A stretch of DNA of 64,000 nt from Paraspadella gotoi (lineage: Eukaryota > Animalia > Chaetognatha), in contig CM119270.1 of assembly GCA_051294375.1 (NCBI GenBank), forward strand, positions 16,266,019 through 16,330,018, in the 5' to 3' direction. Below the pieces are notes generated by a model. The model was given only the letters and a program-made list of their open reading frames with translations. It searched no databases and was not told the DNA's origin. How positions within the stretch are numbered: position 1 is the first letter of the stretch; each line of letters begins with the position of its first letter. Of this stretch, positions 1 to 12,688 are shown one piece after another. The translations under genes were made by a program, and so were the position numbers.

Positions 1-1132
1 ATGAAAGAACTGACGCCCACAAATGTGAGGATGAGGTGAAAATGTTATTTTCATGTGGTGAGAATGGTCGTGAATAGAGGAGATGAAAAGGAAACTAGAG
101 TCACATTTAGGTCTGGGTGCGGATAAAACAATGGAAGGAAAAAAAAGAAAAAAAAAGATAAGACAAAGTAATTACAAGATAAGATTAAGATAAGGAAAGT
201 TAAAGTAAAGATGCATATTAGATCCGAGTTGCTTTGAATGATAGGATTAAATGTGGTACAGATCTTTTCACTTCTTCACCTCATTACCTTATGGAGCCTC
301 CCCTCCCCCTCTCTTCATTCTTCCTCACCCTGCTCCGCCAAATCCACTTCAGTCTTTGTAGTGCGACGTGAAAAGTCTCTTTCTTTCCTACGATTTTGTC
401 GTCGTTATGTCTTTCGGCAGTCGCTAGGCACGGACACCGATTCCCGCCATTTTGTCCGCCATTTGGCTATTTGGGATTCCACAGTGCAGTTAAGAATGTA
501 TTTTTTTCATAAAAGGTTTTTTTTTTTCCTTTTTTTCCTTGTTGTAGTCCTCAGATACACTAATTTGAAAGTCGTATCCTAATATAATCGTAAATTACAT
601 TTTATTAAATGAATGGATAAATTTTATATTGGTTGTACCAATTTCATGAAGCTAGTTGCCGTAGTTGGTTGGTATGTGTTCTTAAAATTGAGACTAATAT
701 AAAATAATTAAAATTACATTTGTGCCACGAAAACAATTTTATTATTGAGAGTTCCTCTTTGCAAGCCGAGCGAATTTGTTTAGAGTTGATGTTCTTTTTG
801 GTTACTATGGAAAAATAGCAACGTAGTCATTCAAATAGTTCCTGAACAGACGTTAGGCCTTCCTTAGTAATCCTTTACTCGCGGAGGTTAAAATCAAAAG
901 AGGCAACTCCTGCAAACCTTGCTGTTAAAAGTCAAACGAGATATAATTGGGAAAACTATTTTAGGACTATCAGTATCTGTGTTACATTTATGCATTATTG
1001 GAAATTAAGAAACTTTCAAAGTAAAAAAAATTTATATTTATCATTTTGATGACACAATGAAAGAAATTATAAAAGTATGCAATGCATTTCACAAAACAAG
1101 CCTTTAGAATAACACATCACTACTGTTAATAA
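1..1132. repeat. Exact duplicate of 13762-14893 (probable assembly artefact)
   Basis: Same sequence at offset 13761 (ORF 238..582 equals ORF 13999..14343). Both copies end in ...ctactgttaataa, followed directly by a 25-N gap. Confidence 0.95.
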
Positions 1133-1157
1133 NNNNNNNNNNNNNNNNNNNNNNNNN

Positions 1158-1600
1158 CGCGGTCTCCTCCTTTTCCTCCTCCTCCTCCTCCTGCTCCTCC
1201 TCCTCCTTTTCCTCTTCTTCCTTGATATCCTCATTAGTCTCAAGTTTTTAAATAGATGAGAAAGTTTTTTTTTGCGAAACAATACGGGGGCGGAGCAGCG
1301 GCGGCTTGAGCCGAGCGCGGGCTGATAGATGAGTCGCAGTTATGTATGATAAGCCAAAACCCACCTCGGGCACGAAGCCTCACCCTAAACTAAAAAACGC
1401 CCCGACGAACACAGAGAGAGAGGGAGAGAGAGAGGAGAGGATGAGAGAAGAGAGAGGGGGCGGAGGAGTCTTGTTTCGCAAAAAAAAACTTTCTCATCTA
1501 TTTAAAAACTTGAAGACTTAAAATGAGGATATCAAGGTAAGAAGAGGAAAAGGAGGAGGAGAGCAGGAGGAGGAGGAGGAGGAAAGGAGGAGACCGGCGG
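1158..1600. repeat. Imperfect inverted repeat (arms ~1158-1282 and ~1471-1600)
   Basis: gatatcctcattagtctcaagtttttaaatagatgagaaagtttttttttgcgaaacaa is the reverse complement of ttgtttcgcaaaaaaaaactttctcatctatttaaaaacttgaagacttaaaatgaggatatc. The arms differ mainly by indels and the left arm abuts a gap. Confidence 0.85.
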
Positions 1601-1974
1601 AAATGAGTACAGAAAAGGGACAGAAAAGACTATCAAAGAAAAAAAGACAAAGAAAGAAAGAAAGAAGAAAAGAAGAAGAAAGAAAGAAAGAAGAAAAAGA
1701 AAGAAGAAGAAAGAAAGAAAGAAAGAAAGAAAAAAAAAAAGAGACAAATTAGATAGGAGGAATTAGGAAACCGCGATCTCCTCCATTACCTCTTCCTCTT
1801 CCTCTTCTTTTCTTCTTCCCTTTTCTTCTTCCTTCTCCTCCTCCTCCTCCTTCACTCTGAGGACCGGAAAAAAGAGGAAAGGAAGAGAGATGAAAAATCC
1901 CGATACATCAAAGGGATTTTGCCATTAGAGGAATGTAATATCACTAACTCGACACATCTGTTGAAATTTTTTTG

Positions 1975-2034
1975 TGAGAGGAAAGAGAGAGAGGAGGAGG
2001 AGAGAGAGAGAGGGGAGAGAGAGAGAGGGAGAGA

Positions 2035-2085
<51 letters not shown>

Positions 2086-2112
2086 GAAGGGAGAGGGAGA
2101 GAGCGAGAGAGC

Positions 2113-2174
<62 letters not shown>

Positions 2175-2181
2175 AGAGAGA
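1975..2181. repeat. (AG)n microsatellite; similar AG/CT tracts at ~3475-3567, 6075-6180, 7273-7511, 8034-8097, 13358-13429, 27252-27303, 33475-33545, 46192-46280, 57913-57990
   Basis: Directly visible dinucleotide tracts. They generate the SLSL/ERER ORFs in the track. Confidence 0.97.
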
Positions 2182-2656
2182 GTGGAGCATGGGAGATTAG
2201 CAAACACAAAACATACTTTAAGTTTAGTAAGATTCATGCGGCGCAAAAATGAATAAGTGTATGTATGAATGCAATAAAATCTATAAAAAATATAAATCGA
2301 GGCGGGAAAAAGAATAAAACAAAATAAAACCAAAATTGTTTTTTAAGAAAATCGGAAGAAAAGATGAATTTTTTTTTTTTTTTTTGCAAACACCAGCCGC
2401 CTCTCCACTCTGCACCGACCCAACTCAATCCTTTCTTCAAAAGTCTACCACCTCAGCCACACACCCCACGACTCATCTTCACACCCTCACACCGGGCCGA
2501 TCCGAAACCGCGTCGCCTCTCGGTCTCGATCCCAGCGCTCGTTTTGTCTCCTCGTCTCAACGGAGAAAAAAAAAAGAGGCAAAAACAAAGAAAAAGAAAA
2601 GAGAAGAGAAAAAAGATAAACCGGTGGAGGGGTTGATGATGCTTTTGCCTCATTTC

Positions 2657-3322
2657 TTTCTGCGACGGAACCATTGACTCCGACCTCCTTGCTTTAGTCG
2701 GTCCGTCAGTCTCACCCACGTTTACTTGGCGCGGTGGACTCCCATTTGTATGTAAAAATGTTTCGTGTTAGAAATCGGTTACATGGAAATTAGTCCGTAG
2801 AAAAATAGTGCAAGGCTCATTAGAACGTCCTCCTTATCCGATGAGGTCGGTCAGGGACTTGAACGCGATCCGGAAGTTTTTGATGGAACGTGAACTGACC
2901 ACTAAAGTAATAAAAGAATTTTGTTCAAACTACTCAAATTAAAGTTTAAAAATTTCTTTAAACTTATAGAGAAAAGAACTTTAATCGTTAATATTATCAT
3001 TACACGTTGAAGATTTGGGCAATGATACATGACAGTATGTAGGTGAGACCGCAACTATCCGGCGAAGAATCGTTAATTCAAGTAATAGAGCCATAGTATA
3101 TTAAGATGCAACAACAATCACCTTATACTGAGATTGTAGAATTCTGCCCCATCTGCCTCATCCTCGCCAGACGCCTGGACGCCCGGCCGCGCCGCATGAC
3201 GCAGCGCGCTGCTCCTCAAGAGTGCCGCGCACGACAACTAACCAACTTCCGTCCCTGGCGGCACCATAGGAACTCGATCAGGCAGTTCCTCCTTAACAAA
3301 AACTTTCCAGACTGTGTCGGAT
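2657..3322 (+). CDS. Candidate exons of an unidentified spliced gene (~2657-2747, 2772-2906, 3013-3034, 3140-3322)
   Basis: GT..AG-bounded segments join in phase to give SFCDGTIDSDLLALVGPSVSPTFTWRGGLPF|KSVTWKLVRRKIVQGSLERPPYPMRSVRDLNAIRKFLMERELTTK|IWAMIHDK|FCPICLILARR...HRNSIRQFLLNKNFPDCVG. No family recognised, and one intron would be only 24 nt. Confidence 0.25.
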
Positions 3323-3492
3323 GTAAGCGCGCATTAAAGTGAACCATACCTGATTATGCTGAGAGGAGCAGCGGGACGACATACAGATTTTTTCGCTCAG
3401 GAATAGGACCACGCTGCCTAAAAGGGACAGCGAAATAGACAAAACTGATTGGTTAATGGGTCGGGGAGCCGAGGAGGAGAGAGGAGAGAGAG

Positions 3493-3523
<31 letters not shown>

Positions 3524-4120
3524 GGAGAGAGAGAGAGAGAGGAGAGAAGAGAGAGAGAGAGAGAGAGAACAGACAAGGTTTCTGGGGCGATGTCTCGAAG
3601 GAAAGAGATAAATTTAGTTTCAGTTTAACTTTAGCTACAATCAAAGCCTTGAAATCGAGTTCAGTCAAATGACATTAGGTTTTATTTATATTATTTATAA
3701 ATATTTATTTCAAGTAAACTTGGCTTCTTCTCGGCTTGGAGGATGATACAAGTTTTTTTTTGCTTTTTCAACTTATATTTTATAGATAAATTTCAAACTA
3801 ATGGTTAAGATATCGAAAATACATTAAAACGTTCTTATCTTTTATCATCAATAGTTTAATCTAATTCATGCATAAACGACTCAACGTCCATTTTCTCCTC
3901 GAGACAAAAAGATGAAACAGAACGAAACAGAACAGAAAACAGAACGAAAACAACGAATATCAAGAACGAAACGATAGGGAAACAGAACGTAACAGAAACG
4001 AAACAGAACAAAAGAACGAATCCAGAACAAAACAGTACGAAACAGAACTCAAACACAAAAAAAGAAACCTAAATTAGAACTTTTGAAATTAATTAACGGG
4101 AAAAGTTTCTCCTCTCTTCT

Positions 4121-4158
<38 letters not shown>

Positions 4159-4203
4159 TCCCTCTCTCTCCCCGCCCCTCCCACCCACGCGCGTTAAAAA
4201 CCA

Positions 4204-4213
4204 GTCACGTGAC
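4204..4213. promoter_or_regulatory. GTCACGTGAC palindrome (extended E-box, CLEAR/USF-type) in CpG-rich patch
   Basis: Perfect 10-bp palindrome next to GC-box-like cccgcccc. The same 10-mer recurs at 13276-13285. Function is inferred only. Confidence 0.3.
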
Positions 4214-6105
4214 CTCCGCCTCCGTTTTGGTTCCGCAGTCGAATTACGAATAGAACAGCGACTCATGTAACGACTTTCTGGTTTCGAGGGTGGAGACGGG
4301 ACGAGAACGACGACGACGACGACGACGACGAGGATGATGACGATGACGGACGCGACGAGGAATTGATGAAACGGCAGCGGACGATGAGATCGGTCGGCGG
4401 CTTCATAGACGCAGGACGCGAAACGACGAAGAAAATTGACAAAAAAACGAATAATATGTCAAATATGTTTTCGTCAAACCTAGGACGACAACGAAACAAC
4501 GACGACAACGACAACAACGGGACAATCGGAGACAAGGAAACGACGGTTACCTTATTTTTTTAACGCCAAATCGTTGGCCCGAATTACGAGAAAAAGGAAA
4601 ATCGTGGATTGAGCTCAAAACCACGAGAGTTAATCTAATTTTAAAGTCGAGAAAGATTTTTCGAGTCCACTCTGCTTTCGGCTAAAGTTATTTTTTTTTT
4701 TTCGGCGAAGTGGGAGAGTAGGGTAGGGGAGATAGGGAGGTTAGGGGGAAAGCCGGACGAAAGGGAAGTAAAAGTTTTAGTTCAGATCTACGTGGAATCA
4801 ATGGCAGGGGCAGGGTGGAGTTTGGAATTTTGTTGGTCGTTTGTCGAGACTGAGGTGAGTTAAAACTATTAATTATGAAAATAGTTTAAATGAAAATACG
4901 TTTGTCTCTGTAGGTATGGCTGGGGTGAGTGGGAGGGGAGAGGGGGGCGTCATTGAAGAACGAGACTCACGCGTTTTCGATTCGTACGTGCGTTCGCGCG
5001 GGATGAATCTTGACGAAAAAGGAAACGAAAGAAAAAAAGACGTAAAAGAATTAAGGAAGAAAACAAAAACACAAACAGATAGAAACGGAAAAAACAAAGG
5101 AAACACGAAAAGTATAATATTTAAACGTTTTTACTATAAGAAATGAACTTTTGTGTTACAAAGCGATTTTAGGCAATTCGAAGCGAAGAAACCATTATGA
5201 ATTAATAATGTTCTGTTCGGCTAACAGCGTTTAAATAGTAAGTTTTAATTCAAGATAGAACAGTGAATGTGAAAAGAAAAGGAAGAAAGACAAGTCGGAG
5301 TTCGATACGATTAGAGAGAGAGAGATGTCCAGGGGGCAAAGAAATAAATACGCATTCACGGTCATTTATCATTTGGTACCTGATTCCGTCTTCCACCTCG
5401 GGAAGAGGATCTGCCTTTCTCCTCACGTCAAACTGATCAGCTGCCCCACTCGTCCACTCTGCCCGTTTCGCGCGTCAAAACCACAGTCCACGCTTTCACC
5501 GAATCGTCCGTCACACAGCGCTCGCAACCTGCAAAATGATCGTACGTCCTGTCACTTAAAGATTTCAGAGTCGCTTCGTCGCTAGTTTTTTTCTGGTTGG
5601 GAAAAATGTGAAAACAGCGACGTCATCGTTTCGCTTTTGGGCAAAATCAAGTCGTCAAATAAACTGTTTTTTCTTTGTTCATTTACTTGACCCTACTCAC
5701 TTCCCGACTAACTTACCCGACTGCCCGACCACTAGCCGAAACAACTTACCGACTGCCGACGCCTTCTCTCCCTACGACCGCCGCCAGACGTCGTCTCTCA
5801 CTAAGGAGATTAAGGGCGTCTTTCCTTCCTCAGTTCCAAAGTGGATTTGAACGGCCGAGGAGGAAACGTCCGGTATTTCCTTTTTTCCCGGCCTCCCTTT
5901 TACGACGCTCCTCGTCTGACGACACCCTCTTCCGGCAAACTCCGACACTCTGGCTAACTCAATCCTCTTTGATAATTTTCTTAACAATGGGCCAATTCTA
6001 CCGCTTTACCCATACCCTGTAGTTAATATTTTATTAAATTATAACATTTACATTTAACGAAGAATTTGCTTTCTCTTCTCTTTCTTTCTCTCCTCTCTCT
6101 CTTCT

Positions 6106-6136
<31 letters not shown>

Positions 6137-7285
6137 ATCTTCTCATCTCCATTCTCTCTCTCTCTCTCTCTCTCTCTCCAGTCAATCCCCGTTTGATCAG
6201 TAACCGAAGCCTTAATTTAAACGCTAAAAAGGAGGACAAGCACCTGAAGAAAGGATAATCGGAGGGTTGAGGTGGGAGTGGGGGGGAGAAGGGTGGTAGG
6301 GTGGGGGGGCGAGAAATTAAGGCAGTCAGAGTAAGCGGGTCCGTCTGGGTTAAACAATGCTGAGTAAGGTCGACATTGAGGAAGAACAAGCGGATAAAAT
6401 ATCGAGCGGGTTGTGGCAGTAATTAAAATTCGGCATCAAGGAATATATAAATTGATATTGATATGAAACTAAATGATTAGTGGTAAGATTGAATGGCTAG
6501 AATCGTACGTAAGTTGAGGTTACAGCTGATAACAAACGCCACGGTAAAGTAATCTTAAAGAGAAAGAGAAAAAAAGAGGGGCCACTGTGGAAATGATAAT
6601 TGATTAGAGACGAAGTCAGCAACAATTTGGACTGAAATTTGATGACGGCAGCTGGAAAGTGAGGAGAGGGGAGAAAAAGGTAAGGGAAAGAAGTGGAAAG
6701 AGAAAAGGGTGGGGCGAAGCGGAAAGGGAGAAGGGGAAGGGAGAAGGGAGAAGGAGAAGGGAGAAGGGGAAGGTTAAGAAGAGGAGAACGAAGGGTTGGA
6801 CGGAGTAGAAGTGGAGGACATCAGAAAATGAAAAATGAATGGAAAGAATTTTTAATAATTGTAAATTGTTATTTGGAAAAATCGTTAAGATTCAAAGTGA
6901 GAGTGAATAAATGACGTAATTGGTTTTCTATACACAGACAAGTTATCTTGGTAATTGTGTAAACTTGAATGTTATCTTGTAACGTATTATAAATGTATAG
7001 AGCGGCAAAAAATTATCGACGTCATAGCATCAAAGGATTCGGTGTTTCTCGGCGTTGGCAGAGACGTCGTTGCCCCTTGCGTCAGCGGCGGCGGCGTCAG
7101 GCAGAGGCGTGAACGGCGGAGGCGGCGGAGGCGGGGAGGTGGCGGGTGCGGCGGCGCGGCATCGTCTCCAGCCGCGCGGCGGAAATACCTCAACCTGAAA
7201 ACCCATAACCTTCATTCCGGCGAAAAATTGAATTAAAGAAGCCGGAGAGGGAAGAATGGACAGGTCGACGGGAGAGAGAGAGAGA

Positions 7286-7360
<75 letters not shown>

Positions 7361-7419
7361 AGAGAGAAGAGTTGCCAAGTCAGCAGAAAACAGAAAGGGC
7401 TCGAAGAAAAGAAAGGAGC

Positions 7420-7514
<95 letters not shown>

Positions 7515-8055
7515 ATCTTCATTTGCATCGTTTCTCGTGTTTTACAGTGATTTTGCTTAAAAAATACATGAGTGAGGAAAGAATAAATTAATGGCGAAAG
7601 TTTTTACAATACATAATAAAACAATATCGTGACCAAGATGAACGCGAGACTTGTTTATTTAACATCGGTTTATTTAGCTTATATATTTAAATACTTACAA
7701 TTCAAAAGTCTTCTGTATAAAAATGTTGTGTAACCAATAAGAACGGTTACTATTTTTCCTTGTGTTATTTTAATCTAAATCAGTATGTATAGCAATTCAT
7801 GGAAAACGTATTGATTAAGCCTAACGTGAACATGAACAAACTAAGAAATAAGGATGAGGAGGAAGAAAAGAGAACAAACGTTGCGACGACGACGACGACG
7901 ACAACGACGACGACGCCAATGACGACGATTCCCGGGAAGCGCTCTTCACAAATCGCGCGTAATTCGCGAGTTTCTTGCTTCAGCTCGAATGGGATTTTTC
8001 TCCCCGGGCGAGCGCGTGCTCTTTCGCGCGTGCGAGAGAGAGAGAGAGACGAGAG

Positions 8056-8097
<42 letters not shown>

Positions 8098-10300
8098 TTC
8101 CGTGCGCGAGACGCTCCAGCTACCTCCGGATGAATCGGTCTTTCCTCGCGCGGCTTCTAACCTATGTAATCACGTGTGGTAGCGCGAGCTCGGTGCGCGT
8201 TCTCAGCACGTGCGAGGCGCTCTCGTCTCTCTCTTCTCTCTCTCTCTCTCTCTCTCTCCTCTCTCTCTTTCTCTCTCTCTCTTTCTTCTCTCTCACATTG
8301 ATTCGCACGCGCGTCGCCTTCGTCGATCTCTCCTCCACTTTCTTTTTTTCTCCCTCTCCTTCTCCTAACTTCCTCCCTCCCTCTTCCTCCCGTTTTCTCC
8401 GTGCGCGCGAGAGAGAGAGAAGAGAGAAGGCAATTTGGACTCTCGAAAGAAGACGTGCGCGGAATAAACGAATGCGCAAAAAGTCTCAACGACAACAATG
8501 AACAACGATCGAAGTTAAATCGAAGGAAAAGGAAACGAGCAGCGCGTTAACGCGGTTGGGTGTGGAGGTGACAATTTGTTGAGTTTTCCTTTTTTTAATT
8601 CAAGATAAAATTTAACATAAATAGAAAAGGGTACAAAATTTAAATCAAGAGAATCAATTTATCAGGAAATAAGGCAGAGATGAGAAGCATAAAATAATAA
8701 TAAAGCATCAGAGTGTCAAGTGAAATTAAACAAGTAAATTTTGTTTTAAAAAATAAGTTCTAAACGAAGAACACAAAATAAAATTTGAAAAGAACGAAAA
8801 ATTTAAAGATATGCATCTTTTCGGAACGACAACTTTTTGTCGATGACTTTGAATTGACGAGACTCATATTTTAAACTCGTTCATTCTCGTCCAATTCCTA
8901 ATGAAGATATATTAATTATTATTTCGCAATAAATACAATCGATCGAAATTATTAAATACAAATCGATCACCTGTTGGAATAAAACGGCGTGAGATTTTCT
9001 CTTTAGCTCCTGTTCTTTCAAATGGCGGACAAGTTTGAGAACAAATGTTTTTCGTGATTTCGTCGACGATCGTGAGTTGTCGCGAATTTCACGACGCCTG
9101 TGAGGATCGCACGGACGGGAATCGCGGAAAAGAATGAACTGACGATAACGATAACGACGTGAACCACAAACAGCATAAAATTATTTTGAATTTTTTCTCG
9201 AATCGCCGATTTCGTTTTAACTTTTATTCGTCACTGACAATTTCATTCCGATCGTCATCCACAATCCAAATCTCGTTCGAATATATACATTATAAATATA
9301 GCATATATTATAACAATCATCCACTTAGCCTCGATTCGCGCATTAACTTGAACCATTTTGAACTATACCCTGTTAAACTAAGCCATCGAGCTCATCCGTT
9401 AACTGACCAAATCGACGTCCGAACGCCGAAACGACTGAGAAATTCCGCGGGCGTCTTCATCAGAGTCGAGATTTCGCCAAGGATTTGACCCTTCAGATAA
9501 TTTGCCGATCACCCACCTATCAAGTCAAGGGGAAGAGGTAGGGGAAATGAGGAGAAAGAAGGCGAGGAAAGAGGAAGAGAACGAGGAAAGTGGAGAGAAG
9601 AGGAAAGAGGAGAAGGCAAGGAAGAAGAGAGGAAAGAGGAGAGAACGAGGAAAGGGGAAAGAGGAAGAGAACGAGGAAAAGAGGAAGGAACGAGAAGTGG
9701 AAGAAGGCAAGGAAAGAAGGGGCAAGGAAGAAGGGAAGGAAAGGAAGAGAACGATGAAAGTTGCAAGAAACGAGGAAAGAGGAAGAGACGAGGAAAGAAA
9801 AAAAGGAGAAGACGAACGAGGAAAGATGAAAGGAGAAAACAAAAAGGAAAAAGAAGGAGAAAAAGATGCAGATAATAAGGAAAAAAGACATACAACAACA
9901 ACACAACAACAAAACAACAACACAACAACAACAAACCAAAAACAAACCCCAAACCCAACAAAACAAACAACCAAAAAACAACAACAACAACAACAGGACG
10001 AGAAAACAGGAACAAAGCATAAAAAAGTAAAAGCGAAGCAAAGAAGTAAAAAAAGAGGAAAGAAGACGAGGAAGAAAGATGAGACGAGGAACGAGGAAAA
10101 AGTTAGCGGAAGACGAGACAGGAGGAAAAATACGAGGTTGCGTTTAGAAATAATATTTTATTAATTCATATATTAATTTTATGTACATAAAAGATAAAAT
10201 CCATGTTCCGTCGCCCCAAAAAATAATATTCATTTTTGTTTTTATCAAAATCTATCTCACTTGCCTTCTGTCCATTCGATCCTTTCCTTTCCCCGTGCAG

Positions 10301-10848
10301 CTCTTTATACGTGACATCTCTCCACTCCGAATGAAAGCCAAGAACGGAACAAACGGCGCCCCTCCTTACCACACGGTGTTAGCCGGAAAGGACACCCACT
10401 CACAGAGGGAGGCCAGCTTGTCACTGATTAAAAGAGGTCAAGTGCGAAGGACTTCAATTGGTTTCTTTTCTATTCTTTGTTTTTTAGAAATCGTTAAGAA
10501 CTTACTTATACTCACGACTAAACTTACCCGGTTGTTTTGGGCACATCTGGTAAGATTCGCAGGACTGAACGAGATTCTTTTGGCCGCGCGTTCCACGTTG
10601 GATAATCTGATTTAGATTTTTTGTATGTCTAATATATAAATAATTAATTGTACGAACATACTTTAATTTAGGTATAATTTTTTTCCTAGGGTAACGCGAC
10701 CTGCTCTTGCACGCTGGCAAAGTCCGATGTAGTGATCTTGAGGAATCACAATTGGTTCGTTTGTGACAACGGAGAGAATTCCGTCGAATTGGCAGCGCGT
10801 CCTCCGAGACGAGTCAATGAGCCGAAGCAGTCGCCGACTCGGAGCTAG
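10301..10848 (+). CDS. Candidate three-exon 3' fragment of an unidentified gene (10301-10436, 10488-10549, 10690-10848)
   Basis: Pyrimidine-rich acceptors (ccccgtgcag, tttttag, ttttcctag) and GT donors join in phase: LFIRDISPLRMKAKNGTNGAPPYHTVLAGKDTHSQREASLSLIKRE IVKNLLILTTKLTRLFWAHL GNATCSCTLAKSDVVILRNHNWFVCDNGENSVELAARPPRRVNEPKQSPTRS*. No homology recognised. Confidence 0.25.
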
Positions 10849-12532
10849 CCTGGGTAAGTATGTGGATAAGGTGCTAAGTGGGCTGAAGAGGACTATCCGT
10901 ACTTCTTTTTACTGCCTCTAGCAGCCATGAACGGGTCCTGGGCTTGGAACCAGGCTTGAGAGTTTTCCGACGCCCAAGGCAGGTTGGGATAGAACCGTTA
11001 CCGTGTGTTCATGAGCTGATGGCTTTAATCAATGACCACCGGGTCACGACTGAAGGTGTCACGGATTATAATGCTATGCCACGAACTAAAAAGATTTGCA
11101 TTAAATAAAATAATAGACTATGCAACAGCCGGGTTGCTGTGATGCCCATTGGGGATGGGGCATCTCTCACTGTTGCTTTGGGGCTTCCGGACCCTCAGTG
11201 ACGCCTCCAGTCACTGGCGCGGTTACCCTAAGAGGGAAGTCCATTAGACTGAGGATGAGAACACTACGCCCTGGGATGGTGTGTTTCCCCCTCTGAGCCA
11301 AGAATGGATTTGGGCTTTAGGTGGTGGACGTGAGGCGGTGTAATATACCACCACAGACGCATAATTAAATAAATATGCATTTTCTGCCAAAAATTTGCGT
11401 CAAATCTGTCGTGTTTATTACATAGTAGAATTTGCGATCATGACATGATTAAACTTCTAAGCTTATTTGGATACGATGGGTAGTTTAAAAGGCTACAACT
11501 TTTCCTCAATCAAATTTTTAAAGTCAATTGCATTTTTTAAATATTTTAACTCTATATCTTTTTTCGTCACGATATATTGGGATTATAATTTGATTTTTCC
11601 ATTAGCCCCGCTTTCCGCTCGCTCCTAAGGGACCAACGCATTTCAATTGATGATTGTTTGATAAAATAATTTATTTTCCCCTCACCAACTACTTCCGACG
11701 GTTCTGGCGTTCGGAGCCTCGATTCGTGGAGAATTAGTTTAGCGTCTTTACGAATGGAATCGCGTAAGGAGTCACAGATCCTGAAAAATGTAGAGGGACA
11801 CTTGATTTTCTCTCTCTCTCTCTCGTCTCTCATCTCTCTCTTCTCTCCTCTCCCGTCTACTCTCTCTCTCTCTCCTCCTTTCTCTATTCAAAGTTATAAA
11901 TTCACTATTCGACCTGCAGTCAATTCGACTAAGTACTCTGAGAATGATATGGAATCCCGGTCGTGCAAAATATGGTGATGTCCGCTCTTGCCATTCGTCG
12001 ATCTGAGCCACGACGCACATTCCTCAAAAACCCGCTGGAGACACCCTGGTGTCATAAAAAGATAAAAGACGCCCTAATTGTCCTTGACTCATGACTGTTG
12101 TGGCTAAAGACGTAAAATTTAAAATACTTAAGCTGTTAGTGTTTTCACGCTTTAACGCTTTTTTTTAAAGTGAAATATGCCTCACATTTTTTATTTATTA
12201 ATAACAAAACGATATTAACTACAATCGTTAAATACAGACAGCACGGTTTCATTAAAGATGTAACATTTAATTAAGCGAAAAGGTCAATGTTTATGAAGGA
12301 TGAGAACGAAGCTCTTCAATGCATTCTGATAATTTTAAATAAATAATAATATTGCCGTCAGAATTTAATTGTCGAACAGTTTATATTATGCAACAAAAAC
12401 GCGTAAGTAAATGTTTTCTTAAAATTGTTCTAATTTTCTAAAACGACATTTATTTTTATTTGTATTTAATCAAAAAAATCATTTCTTTACCATATGCAAT
12501 AAGATTATGGTTTTTAAAACGAGACTAGTAAC

Positions 12533-12688
12533 CTGCTTGGTGAGGTGAACAAAAATTACCCATTCTGCTTGGCGAGGATAACAAGACTTACCTACCTGCT
12601 TGTTTTGAGGATGAACCAAATTACCGAACCTGCTTGGTGAGGATGACAAGAGTTACCGCCCTGCTTGGTGAGGATGGAAAGAGTTTAC
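12533..12688. repeat. Five-unit ~32-bp minisatellite (CTGCTTGGTGAGGATG...TTAC)
   Basis: Units at 12533-12559, 12565-12591, 12596-12624, 12630-12656 and 12661-12688, separated by variable 4-5 nt linkers. Confidence 0.9.

Noticed and set aside
238-582. 114-aa ORF present twice
   Set aside because: Recurrence is due to the exact duplication. No recognisable domain, and it runs into poly-T.
1852-2333. Cluster of SLSL/ERER ORFs (also ~7190-8500, 13324-13765, 16210-17068, 20947-21770, 58257-58551, 63190-63931)
   Set aside because: Translations of AG/CT/CTTT microsatellites.
9502-10164. 220-aa E/K/R- and Q/T/N-rich ORF
   Set aside because: Purine-rich low-complexity and (CAA)n sequence, open in several frames on both strands, with no domain or splice support.
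12533-12688. CRISPR-like repeat/spacer appearance
   Set aside because: Variable parts resemble each other, linkers are only 4-5 nt, there are no cas genes, and the context is eukaryotic.
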